Shown: positions 48,990 to 61,960, numbered from the stretch's first letter. The stretch is 64,000 nt of DNA from Anthoceros angustus (GCA_010909165.1 VJWM01000234.1:212455-276454); one strand, 5' to 3'. Program-made: numbers and translations. Notes: generated from the letters alone by a model not told the origin.

Positions 48990-51900
48990 GGATCGTGAAT
49001 CAGAATGAAGCCCGCTGCTCCCGCCAATTTTGTTATAATGATAACAAAGACTCGCCACCAAGCCCGGCCCAAATTTGTATGCACTGTGTTCCGAATCTAT
49101 ATGGTAGCCAAGGCCTCCGAATAAAATATTGGCACCGCCACGGCGCCCGCTAAGCTGTGAAACCTCGCCATGTTGGCAAGACCAGCATCACCAACTTGGT
49201 GTAGCCTTGTGTCGCATGATGTACATTTGGACTTCATGATGAGATTCACAACAAGACTATGTCAGAATCTCACTTACTCTCAACTTACAACATCCAAAGT
49301 AGCAACCAAGGCACTTTGAAAGCTACATGATATTTTAAATTCATCTATGGAAGTTAGTCCCCCATCCGGGTACTGATCCGCCCTCCCGGCTTAACTGTAA
49401 GTAATGGGGTGTGAAAGCTACATTATATTTTAATTTCATGGAGGGAAGTCGGTCCCCCATCCAGGTACTTATCCGCCCTCTCAACTTAACTGCAAGTAAT
49501 GGGGTGTGAAATCTACATGATATGTTATATTCATGGGAGGGAGGTAGGTCCTCATCCGCACGATCCACCCTCCCGCTTAACTGCAAGTAATGGGGTGTAA
49601 GCTACATGATACTTTAAATTCATCAAGGGAAGTCACCCCATCCAAGTATCGATCCATCCTACTTAATTACAAGTAATTGGGTGTGAAAGCACATGATATT
49701 CCAAATTCATCAAGGGAAGTCGGTCCCCATCCAGTAATCGATCCACCCTCCTGCTTAACCGCAACTTCGGATTTGGAAGACCGGACGGCATTGATGAGGC
49801 TTATTAGTGAATGAGGATGCAAAAGCGGGCAAGCAAGAAGTATACTCCTGGGAGTGCCCCTGCCCATAGTAGTACCGAGGCAAAAAGATTGAGGGGTCCA
49901 CAACAAATATATGTCATTATGAAGTTCATCATGATGCTCGAGGCCCAAGGCTTCCTTTTCTTGGTAATGAAGGTAGCTTCTAATGGGGATTGATATTAGA
50001 ACATGAGCATACTCGTGATCCGCGAGCGATTGTGAGTATCCTGGTTTGCATCATTTTGGCGTGAAAATGCAAAACGCTCTACGAGCCTATGCCCTGGCAA
50101 CCTGGCGATGATACTGCTGGTTAGCATTCTCCTCGGGTGGAGCGCTGCCATTCTTTATAGAGATAATTCACCTTATTCATTGCTTCAGGTTCACGAACTG
50201 CTCCTTACATTAATGCACTTGGCCTTGAGCTCAACACGCTTTCTCGTGAGCTCATACATTCGCCCGCCCAATATTGAGGCCGCCATAGTCCCCGGCCGAG
50301 ATCATCCGAGGCTCGAGGGCTACACCGCACCATCATCATGTACGTACCGCACAGTGGCTTTCCCGACCTCACCGCCGCAATGGAGACCGTGCCATCTCGA
50401 TTGGAATTGCAAACCTAGTTGTATTGGGCAATAGAAACTATGTCGATTTGATTGAAATTGCATACAAGATCCAGATTGAAAGAGCAAGAACCGACTGCCT
50501 TGCAAGTGTGCCTAAAGAAAACACATTCTACAGATAAAAGAAGCCGATGTCCGACTCAATCTATGGTCTTACTAGGACACACATGTATTCAAAAGAACTC
50601 GTGAAACATGTCAAAACTCGCGGTAAGGTATATACAAGGCACCTTTCATGCAATAAAACCAGATCCACTAAGGCCTATCTCTCTTGTTCGCTCCAAGGCG
50701 TAGTCGCCCACCCGCTCATGCGAGGGATCAAAAGCGATTACACGGTGCACGCACTGGACGGATGCATTCCATGTCGTCCAATAGAGTCTCACTAACTTGA
50801 GAAGAGTCTTCGTGACCGCGGTCACAAATCCCGCCTTTGAGTTTCACGCATGAACCCGCCTGCGGCCTTGCCAAGCGAGCTGAGGTGTAAAAAGGCATTC
50901 CCATAGCCACAAAAAGTGTCAGGTCAGGCACAATCTTGGACAACGATCACGTGAGGGTTGTGAAGCTCCTTGCAAACGAGAAGTTCATAAGGCTCTATGC
51001 CGGTCCTTCACACTCTCATAGTGGTGTGGGTTGGCAGAATTATGTGTCGGCTTAATGGTAACAACAGGCTTAGCAAAATGAATTGATTGTGGATGGTATC
51101 AATGCTCATTTTTTATTGTTCTTTGATCATTTTCCTTGGTTGTGTATAGAAGGATTTGGTAGGTCCCTACGGCCGGTAGGTGTGTTACATCACAGAAGAG
51201 AAGGCCGAGACCTCAAGATTCCTTACAGTTAGTGAGAATGGGGCAAGCCGCAAGTTACAGGATGACCACCATTCATTCTGGATGGTGTAGCCCTGCCCTG
51301 TGTGATCTCTCGATCAGACTAAGGCGGCCTCGTGATTGTGGGTATGGGCCCGAGGGTGGATGTAGAGCTCACAAGAAGAGTACAATGAGCTCAAGGTCAA
51401 GGTGCGGTTAGGCAACAAACTTGCAAACACGGGTTAATACTGCTGTTTATATTAATGCACCTTGGCCTTGAGCTCAATGTAGGTCCCTCTTGAGCTCATA
51501 CATCCGCCCGGCCCACACCCACAATACTGAAGTCGCTACGGCCCCGGCAACCATGACCGGGGTTCGAGGGTCAGACACCGACGATCCAAGAATGAATTGT
51601 CGCCATATCGCAGTCATGCTTGTCCAACTCATCGCCTTGCCCTCACCTCGGCCTCACCTCTCAGTGCAAGGTACCGTGACCGCTGAATAGGATTAAAAGT
51701 GAACCATGTCCATTATTCGAGAGTGCGGACCGGCATAGAGCGCCATGAACTTCTCACTCCCCAATTGCAGTGTGGAGCCTCACAACTCAATACAACGTTG
51801 TAACTTAACTTACAACATGAAATGAAAATTATAAATGAAAATGCTTTGGAAAGGAAAATGCAAGCCCCCATTCCGGATTAACTACAAGTAATGGGAGAAA

Positions 51901-52135
51901 TCTCCATGACACTCACCGGACTTCTCCTTCCTCACCGTAAGTCGATCCCCATCCGGATAAGCGACGGACTCGCTCCATGCTCCATAGTGCACATGACATG
52001 AATCCATGATGAAGCCCGCTTTCCTGCTCAATTCTATAATAATGATAGCAAAAACTGCGTCAGCCCAAGCCGGTGTGCCAAGCCAATTGTACAGACCCAA
52101 GTATCGAATCTATGTGGCAGCGAGAGGCTTGCTTA
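48990..52135. pseudogene. Cluster of 3-4 degenerate copies of an unidentified protein-coding gene, including a tail-to-tail pair
   Basis: 48995-49115 is similar to 52000-52130; 50208-50340 is similar to 51451-51580; 50955-51405 is an imperfect inverted copy of 51455-51790. Shared peptides: VF(V/A)III..L...AGF, EKF..LYAGP, GRMYEL(T/K)R...ELK(A/V)KV. Confidence 0.5.
49317..49815 (-). repeat. 5S rRNA-derived tandem array (5S-like head plus ~5 units of 86-95 bp containing box A / IE / box C)
   Basis: Minus-strand units GCAGTTAAG-N~22-GGATGGGGGACC, compared with plant 5S GCAGTTAAGCGTGCTTGGGCGAGAGTAGTACTAGGATGGGTGACC. The first unit also has a 5S-like 5' half (ccggtcttccaaatccgaag). Confidence 0.72.
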
Positions 52136-54182
52136 GCGAGGAGGAAGTGGCTTGGTTCGGTATTGTTTCTTGTGTGTTTACTTACTGGAAACAACGTGGG
52201 CAACGATTCAAAATCATCGGCTTCGTTCTTGTAGGTTTCAAGGTAAGTAGATAATGTACATAACTGAGTTTGTCTACTTTCAGTAGTTTAGGCATACCAT
52301 GGTACAAGTTGTTAAGTACCAAGTCACATGACGGAAATCCGTCCTTAGTGGACTTAAATAAAATTCTTCTTCTTATCCTTGTGTCTTTTTTTTTCTTCCG
52401 CATACTGTACATAGCCAATCCCTAGTTTTCATGCAGCTTGCCAGCTGTATGGCCAAAGCCTGTGCAGACCTACCATTTCACACGAAGCATGTCACAAGCC
52501 TGCCCTAGCATTCTACTCTCGGCAGCCCAGCAACTCGTGTGTCTTTAGTCATGAACCCCATTGCCTGCTCTGGTTCCAAAGCACTAGGTTTACCACCTCG
52601 CCTTATTCCCTCAGCACCTACCTCCTCTTCTCACTTGAATGTACTGGGCACGTGCTCACCACTGTAGGCCAAGCCCTTCTTGGCTCTCCTACACGCCTGA
52701 CTGGGTGTTGTGTGATGTCCATCTTCTTCACTTGCTGAGCTTTTCTTCCACTATCCAGGATGCCATCGACAACTTGGTTCCTAGGCTTAGTGAGGTTACT
52801 GTGTGGCGTAGGTCTTCTAGACTGCTGGCCAATGGTCCAGAAACTCCTCAGCTGTGGGTATATGAACTGCATTGCCCAAGCCCTGCAGGCTGCCAAGAGC
52901 GGGGCTAGGAGGACGATGAGGAAGATGGGAGGTTGAGAAAGGGAGGATTGGCAGGTGAAGGCATAAAAGGAGCAAGAAAGGCTTGGGGTGGTTGAAAAGT
53001 GGGAGAAGGAAAAGGTCTGGTGTCTTTGCAAGCAAGAAGGGCAACAACGTTTGCCCGCTGGGCAGAAAGCCACGCCTTCACAAATCTGCTAGAATCACAA
53101 ATTCCGAATAGTTCCCAATAGCTCTGAGATTCGTCACACCACGCTCCTGCCCAGCAGCACTCCAACTTGTCTTCCTCCAACCTATGATTGATTGGTGTCG
53201 TAAGACTGCGTTTAAAATGAAGTGAGCCACTCAGTTCACACCTCGAAATACGAGGTTCGTCTTCACACTCTACAGGGTTTCTTGTATGTTCGGGTCATGT
53301 TCTGTAGGGTTTCGTGTTCTGCACGCTTTGGTAGCGAAGAGTTCCATGCGTCACATAGCAGTGGAACGTCAGATGTGCGATGGTGGCTGCTTCCTCTCTA
53401 GCCAAGGAGAGAATCGGTGGATGAGGATCAAAAGGATTGAATTCGCTGTGGCAAACGGCTTGTTTATAGGAGGGTATAAGATAGAAGGACGTCTTGTATT
53501 GTGCTTGCGTGTCTATCTATCAATCTGGGGACAGGTAGGGTCTACATGTGTAGACGTTTCAGGCTCGGGAGCTAGGTTGGTACCCAAAATTGGGTGCTGT
53601 TGTGAGCTACCAAAATTTGGGTGCTGCAGTGCTATATGGTTTAGGTACTTGTATAGGTACGAAGGTCGTAAACCATTAGGGGCAAGGTTGACAGGTAGCC
53701 AACCGCAGGCCAAGGTATCACGAGCAGCGCGTAGCATTTGTTAATTTGCGTTGAGGCAAGTTCTGTTAGAGGAGGACCGACAGGCGGGGACGGTACGAGA
53801 GTATTGTTGGGTGAATTACGCGGCAGGAACGTAATAGCGAGATTTCAGCTCCAGGGTGGGAACGGATTTGAAAGGTGGCTTGGCAGATTATCATGAAGCA
53901 GGACAACTACGAAGACAAGGTCCCAGTTGCAATCCTGGGGCACCTTCTGCTTCCGTCTCGTCGCAGGGTCTCACGGCGGAACAGGGTTCTAACAGGTCCG
54001 AAAAGGGCGGACGAGGTTCCAAGTCTTTTGAGCAAGAGGAACGTGTGGATCTCAACCATACGCTTGGACCATTCCACCACTCTTCAGGTCCCCCGGTAGT
54101 GCCTGGTCCTCCACATCAGGCTTCTGAAGAGTTGCCGACGTGCTCATCTAGTGACAAGAAGCAGGGATCTACTTCATGTAAG

Positions 54183-57100
54183 ATGGATGGCGAGAAAAGA
54201 GGGAGGAGGCGTCCTTCTCGAAAGCCTAGACGGATTGTCGAGGCCACTGTCGGAGCTTCTGGGACAAGTTGTTCTGGTTTGTCTTTTACCTTCTCTTGAG
54301 ACAAGTTGCTGCTTGGCTTTTGAAGATTGTGAGCCCAAAGCCAAATGAACAAATGCACTGAATGTTGAGCTCTACTGAGTGATGAACAGAAACAGAATGA
54401 TGTGAGAGCTCTAAGCATAATAACTAAAGCGTCTTTCTTGTACTAAACCAAGAGACCAAAATACTTCATCTTGGCAGGTGAAGCAAGTGAAGCAACCCAC
54501 CAAAAATCATGTCTTTATAAGTTTCTAGTCCACCTTCAGTTTACAGCCCATATCCTAGTTTAACTAACATTTCCGGTATGGGCATCAAACAGTATACTTC
54601 TCTTGCCTGCTCACCATCAGGAATGAGGGGATGGCATGATGCAACCCATATAGGACACTTGACCCTGATGTGAGGTTTGAGGCTTTTCCCCGTTGGTGTC
54701 ACCCAGTAGGTAGCAGTTCACCCAAGTGAGCTAAATCTATTTGCAGGCTGCAATATGTTCCTGTGAGAAAATTGAACTGCAAATTCAAGGAAATGCCTGT
54801 GGTTAGAGTGTCAAAGCCAAAAGATTGTGGAAAGTTGCTGACAAGTTCAAATAAACCTTGCAGCTGGAAAGGTGATTGAATGCCCAATTTCATCAGTACA
54901 GGTGCTTTGAGTGTCGAGTCATCGCTTGAGTCACTTTCAAGTCCTGACCTGCAGACAATCTTATGCGTGAAAGTATTCTTAGGTTCTTCTACAGGAATTG
55001 CTCCAGATAATGACAAGTATACGAAAGGATCAAATGGAGTGTGTCCAGAAGTTGAGAGTGTTGGAGACCAGTCAGAGTTGGGCTCAACCGTGGTAGAGAA
55101 CAGTTATGGGACTGCTTGCTGGCCAGCCGATGGTCATAGCAAAGAAACCTTCTTTACTAGCCACTGGTCAAGTGAACAAGTCAGGGCATCTATTTTGGTG
55201 AGTAGGAATTACGATACAAGCCACCCCACAAGTAGGAATCCTATGAAATAATGTTTTGTTGTTACCTTTGGGGTTATTAATATTGTGACATTTGCAGGCT
55301 GGACAAGTATATACGGCAAATTTCGAGTAAATGCATACAATCGGACAGAAGTATGTGCTTGATTCTCTGGAGCTTTGTTTACAGTAAATCAAAGTTTTTC
55401 TTTGTCCTTTTGTGTCAGAGGTTTACTGTTTTACGTCTCTTTTGGTCAGGCTTATGTGACAGTTCCAGGTGTGCCTGTCGACATACGAATTGATGGAGTT
55501 ACAGCCCAGAATCGGGCGGTGAGTATGATGAGCCTTGCTATTGTCAGAGTTTTTGCAGCCATTCGTTTTTGTACCTTGTGCTTATGCAGGGGTGTCTTTG
55601 TAGATTGAGGGCGATGTGGTGGCAGTGGAGGTGGATCCACCAGCTTATTGGGCCAAACTTAAGGTCCCTATTCCAAAGCAGTTGCCAGTTGAGCTTGGTG
55701 CAGGAAGAGCGCCTGATGTTGAGTCTAGTAGATCAGATCAGTTTGAACTCTCAGTTTCAAGCCTGGAAAAACTGGGAAACCGATTCCTCGGGACCAAGCT
55801 GTGTATTGAGCCTGATCCGGTCAACAAGTGTCTGCTGGTGCAAATGGAGCAGATGGCACATGAGCGCAGACTTGAACTAGAGAGAGTTCACAACCTGAGG
55901 TGCAGAAGGCTGTAATTAGCAATTGCTCGCCCGCAGGGACCCAGAGGCTTGCTGAACTGGTTATTTTGTCAGCTGGAAAAAGGCCAACTGGAAAAGTTGT
56001 GGCGATTTTGGAAAAATCACCGCCGAGAGGCTATTGTAGGCTCTGGACGTTCATCAGTCACATCGCCCTGCAGGCAGGAGTGGCCTCAAGAGCTTCTGCA
56101 AAGTGGAAGAGCAGCAAGCTCAGAAAACTTTCCACTCACATGATTTTCCCAACTTTATACTGTTAACACCTGTGGATACTCGGCTGCCCAAAATGGTGGT
56201 CTACTCCAACACCTTGCCAGCTGAAGTCCTCAGAAGGTGCAAGATGGAGATCCAACTCTGCAGCATGAGCTATTTGCTGCTAGGATAGCTGGAAGCCAGA
56301 GTGTCACATGCCTCGGGCTGCGTGCAGAGCTTGGGGAACGGAGACATTGAGACACACACAGCTGCCATCTTATTTGAGCATGCAATTCATGGTAAAGATT
56401 TCGTCACATGCTATGGCCTGCCTGCCCAGTCTACCTTACGAAATAATGAATGATGAGATACAGGAGGAGGGATCTAAGAGGAACTCGGTATTTTCGATTG
56501 ACCCACCCATCATAAGGATCTGGATGATGCTCTATCGATTGAGCAGCTAGCTGATGGCAATGTCCGGGAGTCCACATAGCTGACGTGTCTTATTTTGTGA
56601 GGCCTAACAGTGCTTTGGACAAGGAGGCTCAAAGGCGTTCAACAAGTGTTCACCTCGTCCACCAGGTCTTGCCAATGCTGCCAAAACGCCTCTGTGAGGA
56701 GTTGTGCTCATTAGATTCTGGTGTAGATCGGCTAGCTTTTTCTGTTATGTGGCAGATGGGTCCAACAGGTGATATTTTGGATCAGTGGATTGGCCGGACA
56801 GTAATACGGGTCCTGTGCTAAGCTTACCTATGCCCATGCTCAAGCAATGATTGATGGAAGTTTCAATGTAGATGATGTGGGTTGGAAAAGCTGCCAATAA
56901 TTCATGGAGATTTTACTTGGCAGGAAGTTGTATCGGATGTATTGGATTTGAATAAGGTGGCAAAGTTTAGAAGAGAGAGTCGGTTTGGGGCAGGTGCTCT
57001 TAGGTTGGACAAGCTTGTCTTTGCATTGGATTCAAAGGCATTCCTCATATAGTATGGTGTATGAGCAAACAGACTCTAACTTTTGGTAGAGGAGTTGATG

Positions 57101-58552
57101 CTTATGGCCAACATGGCAGTTGCAAGAGTTATCTCAAATGCTTTCCCAGATTGTGCACTATTGAGACGTCATCCTGAACCAAATCCACATAAGTTGCAGG
57201 AGTTTGAAGAAGTCTGTCTGAGGCATGGGTTTGAGCTTGATAGCTCTTCTGCTGGTGCACTGCTACAGCTCTTTAGAGAGGATTCGGTTGGCAGTGAAGG
57301 ATGATCCTGTATTATTCAATGTTCTCATGCTTTATGCAACCAAACCCATGCAACTGGTACTTCTCAACAGGAGAGTTTAAGGATAATGAAGATGAATGGG
57401 CACATTATGCCTTGGCAACCCCGTATTATACTCATTTTACTTCCCCTATCAGAAGGTATCCAGATCTTGTAGTACATCGACATTAGCAGCGCGGTCCTTG
57501 ATGCAGAAGCGATGCTTTCCCAAGGTGCCCCTTTAACAAATGATGTTAAGAATGGCGCTGAAGCAGCTTCTCCCAGGGTTAAGTCCTCTTGGATTTGGAC
57601 TCATTCAGTGGTGGTGGGCTTCAGAAGAAAGCAGCTTCCTCAGTAGTAGCTCGGATTACTCTGGAAGCTGCTAGCAAGCATAAAATTCCTGGGTCATCGG
57701 AGCTTGTAGTAGTCGCTCATTGCAATGAGAGAAAGCTGGCCGGGCGGAATGTGGCTGAGGCTTGTGCTAAGGTTTATCTCTGGGCAATGTTAAAAAACAA
57801 GCAGGTGGGCTACCTTCTTGGCCACATTAACGATCTTGTTCACCTGTTTCCGTTGCCATATGGAAAATCCATGTCTGTTGACCATGGTTGTCCGTACTGG
57901 ACTTGTGATGTGGCAGGGTACGGATCTTATATCTGAAGCGCGAGTTGTTGCTTTAGGCCCGAAGTTCATGTCTGTATATGTGAATAAAATCGCTGTAAGG
58001 CCATCAGTTCATCATGGTCAAGGCTATTATACTTGCCTGTATGTTAGTGCATTTTGGTGTTCTTCAGCATGTCTCTTGACGGCTTTGGTGTTGATGCTGC
58101 AGATGGAAAGGCGTATCTACTATGAAGAGATTGATGGCATGAGTGTTGAATGGTTTGAGGGGACAGGCACGGTTGTGCTTGACATCTGCCCCAAAGGCCT
58201 GTTCAGAAGAAGCAGAATCCATGTAAAAATAGGGTGTTGAGATCTGTGGCAGATGTGGCCACACTGGTAAATCCCACTCATGCTGTGTTAAGGCCAGAAG
58301 ATTTGCAGGATGTTGTGAGGGTGGAGGATATACTTGCAGGGCGGTTACCTTTGTGTGGCCAAGAGAAGGGTGACGACTGACAATGAAAGGGAGGACAGGA
58401 GTGTTTGGATTGAACCTGCTGTTCTCCCTTTGACATTGAAGCTGTTCTCTACAGTGCCTGTCTCCCTGCATCCAACGGGCGGTAATAACAAGGCTGTTGA
58501 TGTGGCTGTACTTGTCTTCATACCAGACGTTGATCGGATGAGGCTTGAGTGA
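54183..58552 (+). CDS. DIS3L2: DIS3-like exonuclease 2 (RNase II/RNB family; plant SOV orthologue), multi-exon, with apparent frameshifts
   Basis: Exons ~54183-(end uncertain), 54902-55197 (FTSHWS), 55298-55350 ([10 protein letters not shown]), 55450-55518 ([20 protein letters not shown]), 55604-57804 (IEGDVVAV, [16 protein letters not shown], [62 protein letters not shown]), 57917-57994, 58103-58552. GT-AG junctions are visible. Confidence 0.93.
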
Positions 58553-59199
58553 ATGGAAGGAGAAGCTGGAGGCGGTTCATTTTGGCCTGAGCCCGCCTGT
58601 TGTACAAGGGTGATTTCAGGTTGGCAGCCGGGATTGTTTTTTGCTTGTTATTTTGAATTAATTTGAGACATTGTTTGCTGTGGCGTTCAACGGAAGCATC
58701 TGTTGATGTTTTTGCCGTGACAGTATATCCATGGTTGGTGCAGCTGTATCCAGTTCAGGTGGCATATAACTCATTCCCAAGTGGTGATGTCGATCTAGCT
58801 CTGCGGATCCTCTGAGGACGATTATGCTTGAGTGGCACCTTACCATGTAGGTGATAAATAGATATCATGAGACGATTGCCAACTCCAAGGATATATGGGA
58901 CAAATTAAGTTTGTGCACTTGATGGATTTGTATCGGTCACTAATGAGCTCTGGTGCGGTTCCTTTGTAAATTTGGTCAAGCCTTGGCCTCCAGGCGCTGG
59001 GGTCCGGAGCGCGAGATTCCAGGTTCGAGTCCAACCCGCTGCGATTGTGGATAAGTCTTCAAAGTTCAATGGCATACCATTGAAATATGAAAGTAATAGT
59101 GGATATGGGAGCAGGCAAACGGAGCCTCCAGCCATATTTGGCTAAGGTTTTGAAAAGGTTGTGTGCTCAGGTGAGACTTGAAAAGAACAGAAAGAACAG

Positions 59200-59480
59200 A
59201 AAGAAAAGAAGAGAAGAGAAGGGAAAAGAAGAGGAGAAGAGAAAAGAAGAGAAAAGAAGAGAAAAGAAGAGAAAAGAAGAGCAAAGAAGAGCAAAGAAGA
59301 GCAAAGAAGAGAAAAGGAGAGAAAAGGAGAGAAAAGAAGAGAAAAGAAGAGAAAAGAAGAGAAAAGAAGAGAAAAGAAGAGAAAAGAAGAGAAAAGAAGA
59401 GAAAAGAAGAGAAAAGAAGAGAAAAGAAGAGAAAAGAAGAGAAAAGAAGAGAAAGAAGAGAAAAGAAGAGAAAGAAGAGG
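59200..59480. repeat. (GAAAAGAAGA)n polypurine minisatellite
   Basis: About 27 near-perfect 10-mers. Confidence 0.95.
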
Positions 59481-59782
59481 AAGGATGTGGTTGTGTGACT
59501 AAACCTACTGGGCCTGTGTGTTGTGCTGGGGTTGGAGCAGATGCTACGGTTCCAATTTAAAGAGGTAGAACAAAGTACATCGGTTGGCATCGCCTGATTC
59601 CACAGCGACTTGTGTTAGCTTTGTCCAGGCAGAGGCAGTTTGTGTCGCACTGTTGGGTGAGCAGTTTGGTGTTTGAGGCACTTGTGAGATGATTTTGGGG
59701 CGTTGTCTGGGAATGTACGTAGGTGTGTACGTGGGGCATCGGGGGTCCGCTACATGCATGCTGTGTCGGTGTGAAGGTGCAT

Positions 59783-59862
59783 CATCCAGGTTGGGGAAGG
59801 TGAGTCATCCAGGTTGGGGAAGGTGAAAGGTGGCAGGTTGGGGAAGGTGAAAGGTGGCAGGA
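59783..59862. repeat. Short tandem repeat of caggttggggaaggtga (3 copies)
   Basis: Directly visible in the sequence. Confidence 0.8.
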
Positions 59863-60954
59863 AGTGTCTAGCCCTGAGTCTGAATCTCTGTCTCCCCTTG
59901 TTCGCTTTTCAAATCTTCCCTGCCTTTAACGAGGGCAGTTTACGCATTGATCCCCGGTGGCTCACTCGTGCAATGTTCGCACACGCACACCGGCATTGCG
60001 TATTCAGCATGTCTGAGGAAGAGGAGCGATCTAGGCGTGGACGTCCCGGGAGAGGTACCTGCAGGGAGTCGATTGCACCAGTGACAAGTCAGGTGCCCCT
60101 GACCTCCCATAGTAAATCAAATATGTGGAAAACGGTGGTCATACTAACATAGCTGCACACTTACGTCGGTGCACACACATGTAGTCTCATGATCCGAAGC
60201 ACGCAGTACACAGCACACTGGACTTGAACCGGAAGTGGACGGCACAGCTGTGGTGGGAGACATGTACTTGACAACGGAATTGATGCCGGAGGCTCTAAGA
60301 TAAGAGAGAGGAAGGCGGGCTTGTTGCTGTTCCATTACCATGAAAGCTGGTAGGCCCCAGTGGTGGCAGTCGACCAAACAGAAGCAACAAAGGAGCAGAA
60401 GCGAAATGATTGCGGATAAACATGCATGGAATCTTGATCTGATTACGGCTGATGATGCTGCTGGCCTGGTGCCTGGTGCCTGGTGCCTGCTGCCGGTGGT
60501 TATAACTCACCTCTCTGAAGAGGCCCTTGTGGCTCTTGGGGAAAGGAGTTGGTTGCGCACAACTGCCAATATCACGATTCACAACACTTACACACATATC
60601 ACATACACAGGCAATCTAGGTTTGAAGTGTAGAGTCGGTGTAGATGTGCATCCGGATCGGGATCCGGCTTCTGGGCCCCATGCCTGGTTGTGTACAAATA
60701 TATAGATATTGGCTGACGTTTTGTTCCAAGTGTGCGGATACATAGGGCCAGTGGACGCCTAGCCACATAATGTGTCCCAAGATGGGCTGGCGCTTGGGCT
60801 CGGGAACCGTGTAAAATACCGGATACATCGTCATATGTATGTTCATAGATTGGAGCGGAGCCTGAGCCTGAGCCTGTGAGAGCTTGAGCCTTACGAGAGG
60901 CAATTGTTGTATAGGAGTGGCTACTGGGATACGACTCGATTGCGGACAGAGGAA

Positions 60955-61342
60955 GGCAGGGGCAGGGCAGGGGCAGGGGCAGGGGCAGGCAGGCAGGGCA
61001 GGGCAGGGGCAGGGGCAGGGCAGGGCAGGGGCAGGGGCAGGGGCAGGGGCAGGGCAGGGGCAGGGGCAGGGGCAGGGCAGGGGCAGGGGCAGGGGCAGGG
61101 GCAGGGGCGGGAGAGAGCAGGCAGGGGCGGGAGAGAGAGTGGCAGGGGCAGGGGGGAGAGAGGGCAGGGCAGGGGCGGGAGAGAGGCAGGGCAGGGCAGG
61201 GCGGGAGAGAGTGGCAGGGCAGGGGCAGAGAGTGGCAGGGGCGGGGAGAGAGTGGCAGGGCAGGGGCAGAGAGTGGCAGGGCCAGAGGCAGAGGCAGGCG
61301 CAGGGGCGCGAGCGCGGCTCAGGCCCAGAGAGTGGCAGAGGC
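60955..61342. repeat. (GGGCA/GGGGCA)n G-rich microsatellite with G-quadruplex potential
   Basis: Tens of G3-4 runs separated by CA. Confidence 0.93.
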
Positions 61343-61464
61343 AAACAGGTAACAGGAGCGGCGCGCTGCAGCCTGGCAATGGCATGCCACTGTGTACATG
61401 CATATGTAGTGTAGTATATATGTACTGGAGTCTGAGTGCCTGGAGCGCGCTAGCTCCTTCTCTC

Positions 61465-61960
61465 TCTTGCCTCTTGCCCCTCTTGCCTCTTGCCTCTTGT
61501 TTTGCCTCTTGTTTTGCCCATTGCCTCTTACCTCTTGCCTATTGCCTCTTGCTTGCCTCTTGCCTCTTGCCTCTTGCCTCTGCCTCTTGCCTCTGCCTCT
61601 TGCCTCTGCCTTGCCCTTGCCTCTGCCCTTGCCTCTGCCTCTGCCTCTGCCTCTTGCCTCTGCCCCTGCCTCTGCCTCTGCCTGCCTGCCTGCCTGCCTC
61701 TGCCTCTGCCTCTGCCTCTGCCTCTGCCTCTGCCTCCTGCCTCTGCCTCTGCCTCTGCCTCTGCCTCTGCCTCTGCCTCTGCCTCTGCCTCTGCCTCTGC
61801 CTCTGCCTCTGCTGCTGCCTCTGCCTCTGCCTCTGCCTCTGCCTCTGCCTCTGCCTCTGCCTCTGCCTCTGCCTCTGCCTCTGCCTCTGCCTCGGCCTCG
61901 GCCTCGGCCTCTGCCTCGGCCTCGGCCTCCGCCTCCGCCTCTGCCTCTGCCTCTGCCTCT
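61465..61960. repeat. (GCCTCT/GCCTCTT)n C-rich microsatellite
   Basis: About 80 hexamer/heptamer units, followed by a ~38-bp direct duplication (61952-62030). Confidence 0.93.

Noticed and set aside
49317-49765. CRISPR-like array or functional 5S rDNA
   Set aside because: Whole units are homologous with no unique spacers and the context is eukaryotic. The units lack the 5S 5' half and a T-run terminator, so they are not rDNA genes.
52420-53200. Possible divergent gene upstream of DIS3L2
   Set aside because: Only short overlapping ORFs with no recognisable motif or splice structure.
59066-59590. Long K/R/E-rich and F/S/L-rich ORFs
   Set aside because: They are translations of the (GAAAAGAAGA)n repeat, which has no stops in several frames.
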